Position numbers and translations under genes: made by a program | DNA from: Candidatus Eiseniibacteriota bacterium | Lineage (GTDB): Bacteria > Eisenbacteria > RBG-16-71-46 | DNA length: 64,000 nucleotides | NCBI GenBank assembly: GCA_963725865.1 | Contig: CAVSAC010000010.1 | Location: 1,024,001-1,088,000, forward strand | Direction of reading: 5' to 3' | The notes under the pieces: model-generated | The model's input: the letters and a program-made list of their open reading frames with translations, nothing else | Databases searched by the model: none | What the model was told of the DNA's origin: nothing | Shown here: piece after piece, positions 31,920-41,517 of the stretch | Numbering within the stretch: the stretch's first letter is position 1 | Layout: each line of letters opens with the position of its first letter

Positions 31920-33434
31920 ATGCTGTGCCGCGTGCGCACCGCCGCGCTGTGGGGTCTCGAAGCGTTCCCGGTCGACTGCGAAGTGGACGTGGGCCCCGGC
32001 CTGCCCGGCTTCGCGCTGGTTGGGCTGCCGGACGCCTCGGCGCGCGAGGCGCGCGAGCGCGTGTGGCCCGCGCTGCGCAACGCCGGCTTCGCGGCGCCCG
32101 ATCGCCGCGTGACCGTCAACCTGGCGCCCGCCGGCCGCCGCAAGGAGGGCGCCGCCATGGATCTCGCGATCGCGCTCGGCATCCTGGCGGCCACCAATCA
32201 GGTGCCGCAGGCGCGCCTCGCGGATGCGGCGGTGCTCGGCGAGCTGGCGCTCGACGGCGCGCTGCGCGGCGTCCGCGGCACGCTCTCGCTCGCCGAGGCC
32301 GCGTGGCGCGCGGAGGCGCGCACGCTGGTGTGCGCGGCGGCCGCGGCCCCCGAGGCCGCACTGGTCGAAGGGCTCGCGGTGTGCGCGATGGAGAGCCTCG
32401 GCACCTGCGCGGCGTGGCTGCGCGGCGACGAGGTGGCGCGCGCCACGCCCGCCCCGCCCGATGCCGCGACGGCGAGCGACGATCACGACCTGGCCGAGGT
32501 GCGCGGTCAGGTGCTCGCGCGGCGCGCGCTCGAGATCGCCGCCGCGGGCGGCCACCACCTGCTGATGGTGGGCCCGCCGGGCGTCGGCAAGTCGATGCTC
32601 GCGCGCCGGCTGGCCGGCATCCTGCCGCCGCTGGAGCCCGACGAGGCGCTGGTGGTGACGCGCCTGCATTCGGTCGCCGGCCTGCGCCCGCCCGGCGCGG
32701 GGTTGATGCGCGGCCGCCCGTTCCGCGCGCCGCATCATTCGCTGTCGCGTGCCGGCTTGATCGGCGGCGGCAGCCCGCCGCGCCCCGGCGAGCTGTCGTT
32801 GGCGCACCACGGCGTGCTGTTCCTGGACGAGCTGTCGGAGTACCCGCGCCACTTGCTCGACGCGCTGCGCGAGCCGCTCGAGACCGGCAGCGTGTGGATC
32901 GCGCGAGCGAGCGGTACCGCGCGCTTCCCGGCACGAGCGCTGATGATCGCGGCGATGAATCCCTGCTTCTGCGGCTGGCTCGGACATCCCAAGCGCGGTT
33001 GTCGCTGCACCGCCACCGACCTCGCGCGCTACGCCGCGCGCGTCAGCGGTCCGGTGCTCGATCGGCTCGACCTGCAGATCGAGGTCCCCGCACTCACCTC
33101 CGACGAGCTGCTGCGCGCCGCTCCCGGCGAGCCCAGTGCGATCGTGCGCGCACGCGTGCTGGCGGCGCGGGTGCGCCAGCGCGCGCGCGGCGCGCTCAAC
33201 GCGCGGCTGCCCAACGCCGCACTCGCGCGCCACTGCGCACTCGACGAGGCCGGCCGCCGGCTGCTCGGCGACGCGATCGATCGCGGTGGCATGAGTGCGC
33301 GCGCCGTGCACCGCGCGCTGCGCGTGGCGCGCACCCTCGCCGATCTGGCCGACGAGGAGCGCCTGAGCCCGCTGCGGATCGCCGAGGCGCTGCAGTATCG
33401 GGCGTACGAAGCACGGCGGGCGGTGGCGGGGTGA
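31920..33434 (+). CDS. comM: YifB/ComM Mg-chelatase-like AAA+ ATPase, intact
   Basis: VGLPD, TVNLAPA, GPPGVGKSM, RPFRAPHH, GVLFLDEL, AAMNPCFCG, LDRLD. Confidence 0.93.
   Translation: MLCRVRTAALWGLEAFPVDCEVDVGPGLPGFALVGLPDASAREARERVWPALRNAGFAAPDRRVTVNLAPAGRRKEGAAMDLAIALGILAATNQVPQARLADAAVLGELALDGALRGVRGTLSLAEAAWRAEARTLVCAAAAAPEAALVEGLAVCAMESLGTCAAWLRGDEVARATPAPPDAATASDDHDLAEVRGQVLARRALEIAAAGGHHLLMVGPPGVGKSMLARRLAGILPPLEPDEALVVTRLHSVAGLRPPGAGLMRGRPFRAPHHSLSRAGLIGGGSPPRPGELSLAHHGVLFLDELSEYPRHLLDALREPLETGSVWIARASGTARFPARALMIAAMNPCFCGWLGHPKRGCRCTATDLARYAARVSGPVLDRLDLQIEVPALTSDELLRAAPGEPSAIVRARVLAARVRQRARGALNARLPNAALARHCALDEAGRRLLGDAIDRGGMSARAVHRALRVARTLADLADEERLSPLRIAEALQYRAYEARRAVAG
32964..33409 (+). 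repeat. Direct repeat copy 1 (comM 3' 446 bp)
   Basis: Colinear with 38731-39176, no indels, about 32 substitutions by manual count. Confidence 0.95.
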
Positions 33435-33613
33435 GGGCGGCCGTTCTCCATCCCGCATCGAATACCCGTTGACGCCCCCCCTCGGAGGCGTTCACTCTGG
33501 GGCGCGTGAGGCCCGCGCCCCGCTCGCCCACCCCTCGCCCTCGCGGCTGAGCCCCTCACACCCGCCCCCACCGGGTTGGCTTCGGACCGCTGTCTCCGAA
33601 GGAGGCCGCGACC

Positions 33614-35719
33614 ATGGGCCGCATCCACCGGTGTTGCTATGCTCTTCTCATGTTGCTGCTCACCACTCGCTCCGCATCCGCGCTCCAGCTTCAATGGACT
33701 GGTGGCGCCACCACGCTCTCGTTCACCGAGGCCACCCGCTGCACGCTGGTGGTGCAGGCGGACTCGAGCGAGCAGCGGCTGCCGGCGGAGTGGCGACTGC
33801 TGTGGGTCGCCGACAGCTGCGACATCTCGCCGCAGCCGCTCGATGAACCGGTGGCGTGTATCGAGACGTTCGCACAGGTGTCGGCGGTGGACGAACCGTC
33901 GACGACGGCGGACAGCGCCGCGCACCTGCGCACCATCCACTTCTGCTCGGATGAGAACGATCCCGCGGCGAGCGCCGCGCGCTACGTCCTCGACCTGCCG
34001 GCCGCGAGCGCGGGGAGGTTCCAGGCGGTGGCGCTCGATCCCAACGACTCGACGCAGGTGATCGAGTCGAACGAGATCACTTTCAATGGCGGCGCGAGCG
34101 GGGATTACCCGCCTGCGATTCTTCGCGCCACGCACTCCCATCCCTCGACGCAGCTCGTCGTCAACGCTGTCGGCGTTGGCCTCGCCAACTTGGCAACAGT
34201 GGAGATCGAGGCGCCGGACCTGTCGTGGCGATTGGGTCTCAACGTCGTCGAGCAATCGGAGACTGGCCTGAGCGCGGTGGCGCAGGTCGCCGCCGATCTG
34301 CCTCCGTTCGTGCTGCGTGTAGGCAGAGGCTCGGGGGCCGTCGCCGCGACATCCCTCGCCGCCGATACCGCCTCGACACTTTCCCTGGATCCGGCGTGCG
34401 TGAGCTACATGAGGGAGTACGACTCCCACGGCCACACGAACATCCAACCGAAGGACTTCGCCGTCGTAGCTTCGCGGGATTCTTTCCACATCTTCTACAT
34501 CCGCCGCGAAATGGATATCGCCGATGGCGAGCTCAGGGAGAAGACCATCGGGCACAAGCGTTCGCACAACCTGAACGATTGGGAGCCGACGACTGGAACG
34601 ATGATGGCCCTGCAGACTCGCTTTGGTCAGTGGGACAACCACCACGTGTGGGCGCCGAGCATCATCAAGAAACCGAACGACATTACCTACTGGATGTTCT
34701 ACACCGGTGTCAAGGACACCACCGTTGGCACGGCCCACACGCAGGTGCAGCGCATCGGCGTCGCGACGTCGACCGATCTGAACGTCTGGACCCCGGAGAG
34801 CACTTGGGTCTTCTCGCACAACAACGCAGGTTGGGCCGAGCAGGACTCGACGAATGGTTCGGGGCAACAGTTTCGCGACCCGTTCGTGATGGAGGACCCC
34901 GATTCCGCCGGTCACTACCTGATGTACTTCGTGGCGGGGAGCCGCGACCGCAAACCGAGAACGGTGGTCGGGGTGGCGAGGACTCGCGGTCCGGTGGCCG
35001 ACTTCCACGACTGGTACAACGTGGGACCACTCTGGAACACAGACTTGGTTCACACCGGGCAAGCCGTCATCGAGTCGCCTCACGCGGTCAGGGACCCGGG
35101 TGGCCGCTGGTGGCTCTACTACACCGGCTACAACACCGGGGCCGACCCTGCCTACGTTAGCTTCGAAACCAACGACTTCAGTCCCATCGACGCGGACACG
35201 ACGCGGTGGAGCGCGCCCGATACCCTGTTCGAGTTCCTCGGTGGCGATCAGACGCTGCAATCCTGGCACGGCTCCGAATACCTGAAGTGGGCGCCGGGGT
35301 ACGAGTATCTCTTCGCCTACAACGACAATCAGCTGGCCGTGGTGGTATCTGAGATGTCGTGGCACGGTCCACACACCTTCGCCCTCAACGACTCTTGTGC
35401 GCCGTCGGTACCGCTCGTCGTGGATCCGGAGCATGTCCCGCTACGGCTTGCTCTGGATCTGCTGGGAGCCCAGCCTTCGCACGGATCGGTCGGCTTCCGG
35501 GTGCAGATTCCCGCAAGGATGCGGGTGCGGCTCGCCATCTATGACCTGCTCGGACGTCGCCTGCGGACGGTCATTGACGAGGAGACGCCCGCAGGGCAGC
35601 GGGACCTCCGATGGGACGGCCGGAACTCGAGTGGCCAGGTGGTTGGCAGCGGAGTGTACTTCGCGCGGTTGCTGGCCACTGGAGGCCAACGCGTCGCAAG
35701 AGTGGTGCTGCTGCAATGA
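33614..35719 (+). CDS. Secreted five-bladed beta-propeller glycoside hydrolase (GH32/GH43-like) with FlgD-Ig C-terminal domain
   Basis: GGAGG RBS, signal peptide, PKDF, HVWAPSII, FRDPFV, VIESP; tail IYDLLGRRLR..WDGRNSSGQVVGSGVYFARL. Confidence 0.75.
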   Translation: MGRIHRCCYALLMLLLTTRSASALQLQWTGGATTLSFTEATRCTLVVQADSSEQRLPAEWRLLWVADSCDISPQPLDEPVACIETFAQVSAVDEPSTTADSAAHLRTIHFCSDENDPAASAARYVLDLPAASAGRFQAVALDPNDSTQVIESNEITFNGGASGDYPPAILRATHSHPSTQLVVNAVGVGLANLATVEIEAPDLSWRLGLNVVEQSETGLSAVAQVAADLPPFVLRVGRGSGAVAATSLAADTASTLSLDPACVSYMREYDSHGHTNIQPKDFAVVASRDSFHIFYIRREMDIADGELREKTIGHKRSHNLNDWEPTTGTMMALQTRFGQWDNHHVWAPSIIKKPNDITYWMFYTGVKDTTVGTAHTQVQRIGVATSTDLNVWTPESTWVFSHNNAGWAEQDSTNGSGQQFRDPFVMEDPDSAGHYLMYFVAGSRDRKPRTVVGVARTRGPVADFHDWYNVGPLWNTDLVHTGQAVIESPHAVRDPGGRWWLYYTGYNTGADPAYVSFETNDFSPIDADTTRWSAPDTLFEFLGGDQTLQSWHGSEYLKWAPGYEYLFAYNDNQLAVVVSEMSWHGPHTFALNDSCAPSVPLVVDPEHVPLRLALDLLGAQPSHGSVGFRVQIPARMRVRLAIYDLLGRRLRTVIDEETPAGQRDLRWDGRNSSGQVVGSGVYFARLLATGGQRVARVVLLQ

Positions 35720-38271
35720 AGCGACTCCGCACCGTGCAACCTTTGGCTCGCGGCGGTCGACAGAATCCGGATGTGAGCGCCGGACGGCAGCGTGGCCGGT
35801 GGGCTGCTCCACTGCTCGCAGTGTGCGCTTCGACCTGGTGGGTCACTCCAGCCGTCACTCAAGTCGTGAACCAGGACCTCTGGGTGACGAGCGGGACGGT
35901 GTCGGCCATCGCTCGGGGAGGCAATACGCTGTATATTGGCGGATCGCTTGGCGTGGTAGGCCCTAGCAGCGGTGGCGGGGTTCCCCTCGACAAGGCCAGT
36001 GGCGCGCCCATCTCGCCGTTTCCCAAGGTGACCGGCTACGTCTTCGCGATCGCCTCCGATCATCAGGGCGGCTGGTACATCGGCGGGGACTTCACCGCGG
36101 TCGGTGGGGTCCCACGCTCGAGTCTCGCTCACATCCTCGCCGATGGAAGCCTCTCGGACTGGGCGCCGACGCAGGATGCGCATGGCATCACGGCGCTCGT
36201 CCCCGCGGGTCAGACCATCTTCGTCGCCGGCGACTTCAGCACCATCGGCGGGCAGCCGCGGCGCAAGATCGCGGCCCTGGACGCGACCACCGCTGAGGCG
36301 ACGCCATGGAATCCCGACCCATCGGGATCGATTCGGTCCTACGGCGCTGGCGGTCCGCAGGTGAACGCGTTGATCGTGCGGGGAGACACCGTCTATGCGG
36401 CGGGCAACTTCACGAGCATCGGCGGACAGGCACGGAACTGCCTGGCCGCCTTGGATGCCGCGACGGGGCTGGCATTCGATTGGAATCCGGACGCCAACGA
36501 CATTGTCAACACGCTGACGGTGGACGCCAGCAGCCTGTACGCCGGCGGGTACTTCACCCAACTCGGTGGGCAACCTCGCAGCCTGGTCGGAGCGGTCGAC
36601 CGCGCCACGGGCTCGGTGAGGTCATGGAATCCGAGTGTCACGGGGCCCGCCGACGTGTACATAAGCAAACCCTACGTGTCCGCGCTGACCACCAACGGTA
36701 GAGCGGTCTTCGTCGGCGGCCGCTTCAGCTCGGTTGGTGGCGAGCCTCGATCGGCGCTGGCTAGCGTCGACCCGGTGACCGGAGCCGTGACCGCGTGGGA
36801 TCCAAGCCCGATCTACCACTACTCCTATCCGTATCCGTACGTCTGGGCGCTGGCCGTGCTCGGTGACACGGTCTTCGTGGGTGGTTCATTCGACGCGATT
36901 GGAGGGCAGGAGCATGCGTACCTCGCGGCGATCGACGCGGCGACCGGGTTCGCCACCGGGTGGAACCCCAGGCCGAATGAGCAGGTGTGGTCCTTATGCG
37001 CTGACGGACGAGCCGTGTACGCGGGCGGGTCCTTCAGGTCCATGGGTCCGTGGCAGACGCGGCACTGCCTCGCTGCCTTGGACCTAACAACCGGCGCGCT
37101 GAAGGACTGGAACCCGGACCCGAACGGCCTCGAGGTAAGAGCCCTGGCGGTCAGCGGTGGAACGATCTACGCGGGCGGCGACTTCACCTTCATCGGCGGT
37201 GAGGCACGCAGCGGCATTGCCGCCCTCGATACGCTGACGGGGGCCGCGACGGCGTGGAACCCGGCCGCCGATGGTGAGGTGCGCGCGTTGGAGCTGAGGG
37301 ATGGCACCCTATACGTCGGTGGTGGTTTCCGGCACATCGGAGGTCAGCCGCGACGCTTCGCCGCGGCGCTCGATCCCGCGACTGGCGTCGCGACCGGTTG
37401 GGATCCGAATGCGAACTACTGGGTGTACGCGCTGGCGAGTAGCGGCAATACGATCTACCTGGGAGGGTTCTTCGAGACGATGGGTGGCGAATCCCGCTTT
37501 GGAATTGCAGCAGTGGACGCCGTGACCGGGGCGCTCTCCCCATGGAAGGCGGATACTGACGGCATCGTCGGTGCGCTGGCGGTAAGCGGGGAGACGGTGT
37601 ACGCGGGCGGCCTCTTCTCGACGATCGCCGGCCAGCCGAGGAACTGCGTGGCGGCCCTGGACGTCAGCACGGGCGCGCTCAGGGGCTGGGATCCAAACCT
37701 GTACGGCTCGGGAGTCGCGAACGCACAGCCCGAGGTCCACGCGTTGGCGATCTATGGCCACACGATCTACGTGGGAGGAGACTTCTACTACATCGGTGGT
37801 CAAGCGCGCCCGTGCCTTGCGGCGCTCGATGACAGCGTGGCGATCGCCACGGATTGGACCCCGCGCGCCAACTTCCAGGTCTATTCGCTGGCCCAGAGTC
37901 AGGGCACCCTCTTCGCTGGGGGCTCGTTCGGCAGCGTGGGGTTGTTGCCGACTTCGGGTCTGGCCGCGATCTCGATCCCCGAGGATCCCGTCGCGCCGCC
38001 AGGGTCATTCGCGCTGGAGCAGAACTTCCCGAACCCGGCCCGCGGCACCACCACCATTCGCTTCGCGCTGCCGACAGCCGCCACCGTGACGCTCGCCGTC
38101 TACGACATCCAAGGTCGCCGAGTGGCTGAGCCGCTTGATCACTCGTTGAGGGCGCCGGGCCGCCACGAGCTTCTGATCCGCTCGAATCGGTGGAAGCCTG
38201 GCGTGTACCTCTACCGCCTCGAAGTCGCCGGGGGCGCGAGCGCGACGCGCAAGTTCGTGGTGCTGAAGTAA
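35716..38271 (+). CDS. Secreted tandem-repeat beta-propeller protein with T9SS/FlgD-like C-terminal domain
   Basis: ATGA overlap with the upstream gene; more than 10 repeats of V.ALA..G.T.Y.GG.F..IGGQ.R..LAALD..TG....WNP; tail LEQNFPNP..VYDIQGRRV..GVYLYRL..TRKFVVLK. Confidence 0.8.
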   Translation: MKRLRTVQPLARGGRQNPDVSAGRQRGRWAAPLLAVCASTWWVTPAVTQVVNQDLWVTSGTVSAIARGGNTLYIGGSLGVVGPSSGGGVPLDKASGAPISPFPKVTGYVFAIASDHQGGWYIGGDFTAVGGVPRSSLAHILADGSLSDWAPTQDAHGITALVPAGQTIFVAGDFSTIGGQPRRKIAALDATTAEATPWNPDPSGSIRSYGAGGPQVNALIVRGDTVYAAGNFTSIGGQARNCLAALDAATGLAFDWNPDANDIVNTLTVDASSLYAGGYFTQLGGQPRSLVGAVDRATGSVRSWNPSVTGPADVYISKPYVSALTTNGRAVFVGGRFSSVGGEPRSALASVDPVTGAVTAWDPSPIYHYSYPYPYVWALAVLGDTVFVGGSFDAIGGQEHAYLAAIDAATGFATGWNPRPNEQVWSLCADGRAVYAGGSFRSMGPWQTRHCLAALDLTTGALKDWNPDPNGLEVRALAVSGGTIYAGGDFTFIGGEARSGIAALDTLTGAATAWNPAADGEVRALELRDGTLYVGGGFRHIGGQPRRFAAALDPATGVATGWDPNANYWVYALASSGNTIYLGGFFETMGGESRFGIAAVDAVTGALSPWKADTDGIVGALAVSGETVYAGGLFSTIAGQPRNCVAALDVSTGALRGWDPNLYGSGVANAQPEVHALAIYGHTIYVGGDFYYIGGQARPCLAALDDSVAIATDWTPRANFQVYSLAQSQGTLFAGGSFGSVGLLPTSGLAAISIPEDPVAPPGSFALEQNFPNPARGTTTIRFALPTAATVTLAVYDIQGRRVAEPLDHSLRAPGRHELLIRSNRWKPGVYLYRLEVAGGASATRKFVVLK

Positions 38272-38281
38272 CCCACTGGGC

Positions 38282-38722
38282 TCAGTCTGCGCCCTCCCGC
38301 GACAGGAACCGCTCGACCAGGGCGGCCACTCTCGAGCTCACCCGGCGCCGCTCGTGCTCGAGATCGACGATCGTCCCCTCGTCCACGCCCATCCGGGCGG
38401 CGAGTTCGGCTTGGGTGAGCCCGAGCCTCCGTCGTCGCGCCCGCACCCGACTCGCCCGGCTCCCGTCCACCGCCTCGGGGTCGTAGCCGAGGCGCCGGAT
38501 CAGGCCGGAGCGGTGCCCAACTCGCGGCACGGACCGACCCGATTCCCAGTTCGCCACCGTCTCGGCGCGCACGCCCAGCAACGCACCCAGGGTTCGTTGC
38601 CCTAGACCGTGGTCGAGCCGATAACGCCGGACGTGGTCGCCCAGCGTGACGAGCGAACGCGGATAACCCCTTGGCAGTGCGAGCGGTCGTGCTCCTCGCA
38701 GCCGCAGGCTGGTAAAAGGCAA
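38282..38722 (-). CDS. Tandem XRE-family helix-turn-helix protein whose 5' end lies at the cassette junction
   Basis: LGDHVRRYRLDHGLGQ..LGV..TVANWESG and RARRRRLGLTQAELAARMGVDEGTI. Confidence 0.75.
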   Translation of the reverse strand: MPFTSLRLRGARPLALPRGYPRSLVTLGDHVRRYRLDHGLGQRTLGALLGVRAETVANWESGRSVPRVGHRSGLIRRLGYDPEAVDGSRASRVRARRRRLGLTQAELAARMGVDEGTIVDLEHERRRVSSRVAALVERFLSREGAD

Positions 38723-38730
38723 CGCAACGG

Positions 38731-39200
38731 TGCTTCTGCGGCTGGCTCGGGCATCCCAAGCGCGGCTGCCGCTGCACCGTCACCGACCTCGCGCGCTACG
38801 CCGCCCGCGTCAGCGGTCCGGTGCTCGACCGGCTCGACCTGCAGATCGAGGTCCCGGCGCTGACCTCCGACGAGCTGCTGCGCGCCGCTCCCGGCGAGCC
38901 GAGTGCGATCGTGCGCGCGCGCGTGCTGGCGGCGCGGGCGCGCCAGCGCGCGCGTGGAGCCCTCAACGCGCGGCTCTCGAACGCCGCCCTCGCCCGCCAC
39001 TGCGCGCTCGATGAGGCCGGCCGCCGGCTGCTCGCCGACGCGGTCGATCGCGGCGGCATGAGTGCGCGCGCGGTGCACCGCGCGCTGCGCGTGGCGCGCA
39101 CCATCGCCGACCTCGCCGACGAGGAGCGCCTGAGTCCGCTGCGGCTCGCGGAGGCGCTGCAGTATCGGGCGTACGAGGGGCGGTCAATTGGGGGGAGGTA
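38731..39200 (+). pseudogene. comM: Orphan 3' fragment of comM (direct repeat copy 2)
   Basis: Starts abruptly at the CFCGWLGHPK codons; open to stop at 39200; no 5' part. Confidence 0.9.
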
Positions 39201-39234
39201 GACGCCTGACCGCTCCCGCGCTGGGATGGGTGCA

Positions 39235-40698
39235 CTACCGCTGCGGCTCTCCGCTGCCCGGCGTGGCAAAGTGAATCGGCATCGGTGACGTGACGCAGGT
39301 CGTATCGAGGCCGTCGAAGCGGCCCGCACTGAGGAATCGCTCGAAGAGCGACGTGATGCACGAATCGACGTCGCCATGACTGCGATTGGGAACGACAATA
39401 TGCCGCGCGTTCGACAGATGCTGAATCACCATCTCGCCATAGGACGGCGGCGTGATCGGATCGAGGTCTCCCGTGATTGCGAGGACAGGAACATCGGCGC
39501 ATACGGGTTCCCAGAAATCTCGCGGCAACACGGCTCGCGGCCATTCGGCGCAGATGTCGATCTGCGATCGAACCGGCCCGTCACCGAAGAACGTGCCCGC
39601 GGTCGCCCGCGGAATGCTGCTGGGATCGATGAGGGGAATGGATTCACTGCAGAGTATCGAGAAGAACACCCCGGGCGGCGCCGGCGGCTGTGGCGGTGGG
39701 CCGTCTCCGAGCACGGCTGCAGCAACGGGGCCATAGTCACCGGAGTACGCGGCGTGGATGAGCTGCGGCAATCGCTCGATGCCTCGTGCGGAGCCCAACC
39801 TAGTCTGCACCAGGTCGCGGAACATTCGATCGGTGACCTGGACCGACTGAGCCTCGCCGGTGGTGGCGGGCGCACGGACCCGAGCGGGCGTGCGGCTCAG
39901 TCGGATCAGGACCGAGTCGAATTCGGCATCAAGATTCGGGAACGCCGCGTGACACGAGGCGTCAGCGCCACAGAGCGCGAACACTCGTTCGAGAGACTTC
40001 TGCGCGAATGTCGCGAGATCGAGTTGCGACCGGGCCGCCAGCGGCACGACGCCGTACAACACCGCGGATCGGACATGATCGGGATACTGCTTGAGGTAGA
40101 CCTGGGCAGCCTTTGTACCGTACGAGACACCGTAGAGGTTGACGGTCGGATACCCCAGCCAATCGCGAACGGCGTCGAGATCGTCCATCGCGATGGCCGT
40201 CGAGTAGGCGCGGAGGTCGGCGCGCTGCATGAGCATGCTCAGGCAGTCGCGCGGGTCCATGATGCCGGCGACTCGGCCCGGGGCCGGTCCCGCTGCAGGC
40301 TCACACGAGAGCGGGTTCGAATTCCAGGTTCCGCGCTGATCGACGAGCAGGATGTCGCGATGGCGCCGCAGCGTGGGAAACGCCCGCGACAGGAAGCCGG
40401 CGTATCGCGTCGCCGGGACGACCCCACCCCCCGCGAGGAACACGAGAGGATCGGAGAACACCGAGTCGGTCGTCGCGGGGAGCAGCACGACATGGAGTGC
40501 CAACCGGCGTGATCCCGCCGCTCCCCGGACTTCCGGCACCTCGAACGACCCACAGAGCACCGAATCCACTCCACCCGCCACCTGGCAAGGCTGGAGCTTG
40601 CGTCGTAGTTCCGAACGCGCCGGCGCCTCCGCGGCCGGGCCTTGCGAGACCCACAGCAGCAGAAGGGCGGCGATGGTGATGGTGGACTTGGGCCCCAT
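39235..40698 (-). CDS. Exported alpha/beta hydrolase (TAP-like peptidase family)
   Basis: Signal peptide, LVDQRGT, YGVSYGT nucleophile elbow, GDLDPITP, NRSHG. Confidence 0.85.
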   Translation of the reverse strand: MGPKSTITIAALLLLWVSQGPAAEAPARSELRRKLQPCQVAGGVDSVLCGSFEVPEVRGAAGSRRLALHVVLLPATTDSVFSDPLVFLAGGGVVPATRYAGFLSRAFPTLRRHRDILLVDQRGTWNSNPLSCEPAAGPAPGRVAGIMDPRDCLSMLMQRADLRAYSTAIAMDDLDAVRDWLGYPTVNLYGVSYGTKAAQVYLKQYPDHVRSAVLYGVVPLAARSQLDLATFAQKSLERVFALCGADASCHAAFPNLDAEFDSVLIRLSRTPARVRAPATTGEAQSVQVTDRMFRDLVQTRLGSARGIERLPQLIHAAYSGDYGPVAAAVLGDGPPPQPPAPPGVFFSILCSESIPLIDPSSIPRATAGTFFGDGPVRSQIDICAEWPRAVLPRDFWEPVCADVPVLAITGDLDPITPPSYGEMVIQHLSNARHIVVPNRSHGDVDSCITSLFERFLSAGRFDGLDTTCVTSPMPIHFATPGSGEPQR

Positions 40699-40777
40699 GG
40701 GGCTTGGACGTTCATGGGTCGACCGAGGGTTGCATCCCGGGGGGCGATCGGGCCTCGCTGGATCGCGGCGCCGCCGC

Positions 40778-40840
40778 GTCTACCTCTGCCGTCTCGAGGC
40801 CGCCGACACGCACACCTCGCGCAAGTGCGTGCTGATCAGG
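40778..40840 (+). pseudogene. Relic of a C-terminal sorting-domain tail
   Basis: VYLCRLEAADTHTSRKCVLIR parallels GVYLYRLEVAGGASATRKFVVLK at the end of 35716-38271. Confidence 0.45.
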
Positions 40841-41030
40841 TCATGCACCGAGTTCAGCCCGCCCGCTTGCGCGCCAGGAATCACTCGATCATCCCCCGGC
40901 CCTGCCGACTCACGCTGCGCCGCCTGCGCTCGAGGTCGACCACCGTCCCCACGTCCAAGCCGAGGTGAGCCAGTCATGGGACCGCGATCGCCTCGTGCCC
41001 GCTCCGCTGGGTTGTCGCGGGACGCCCTCC

Positions 41031-41323
41031 TCACTCGATCGGCCACTGCAGGCAGAGCTGGTAACCGTCGGGGTCGGTGAGCGAGAGCTGCCGCATGCGG
41101 CGATCCGCGCGGGATCGGGCGCGGGCGGGCGCTCGTGCTGCTCGTACGCGGTGTTGAGCATCAGCTCCGCTCCGCCACGGCGCAGCAGCGCCCAGGCGGC
41201 GGCGTCCCCGGGCGGCGCCGCCGCGACCACTTCGAAGCCGAGCAGGTCGCGGTAGAAGCCCAGCGACCTGCGCATGTCGAACACTTCCAGGAGCGGGCAC
41301 AGCCCCTCGATCCGGATCCCCAT
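41031..41323 (-). pseudogene. VOC/glyoxalase gene with internal deletion and frameshift
   Basis: PLLEVFDMRRSLGFYRDLLGF..LMLNTAYE..DPARIA joins out of frame to MRQLSLTDPDGYQLCLQWP; the central VOC segment is absent. Confidence 0.75.
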
Positions 41324-41517
41324 GCGCTTCCTCCCCGGCCGGCGGCGGTCAGTTCACGAGGGCGGATGCTATCGCGTCCGGCGCCCCACCCCGAGCGAAA
41401 ATCCGTGAGCTGTCCCGCCTCGATTCCCGTATCGTGGTGGGTCGGACGCGCGGTACCCGGGCCTGCCTCCGACACCCACGCGCCCGCGATCCTGGGCCGC
41501 TCCGGAGGTCCGCAGTG

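Larger units (their letters stand above)
32964..38730. mobile_element. Integrase-less cassette or island at comM
   Basis: Bounded by the duplicated comM 3' end; cargo looks less GC-skewed than the backbone; XRE-HTH gene abuts the right junction. Confidence 0.65.

Noticed and set aside
35850..37970. Repeats in the propeller gene as a possible diversity-generating retroelement or array
   Set aside because: Repeats are diverged at DNA level and protein-coding; no reverse transcriptase or template/variable repeat pair was seen.
38699..38744. 9-bp inverted repeat CAGCCGCAG/CTGCGGCTG near the cassette junction as att arms
   Set aside because: It is not centred on the breakpoint and could arise by chance in GC-rich DNA.
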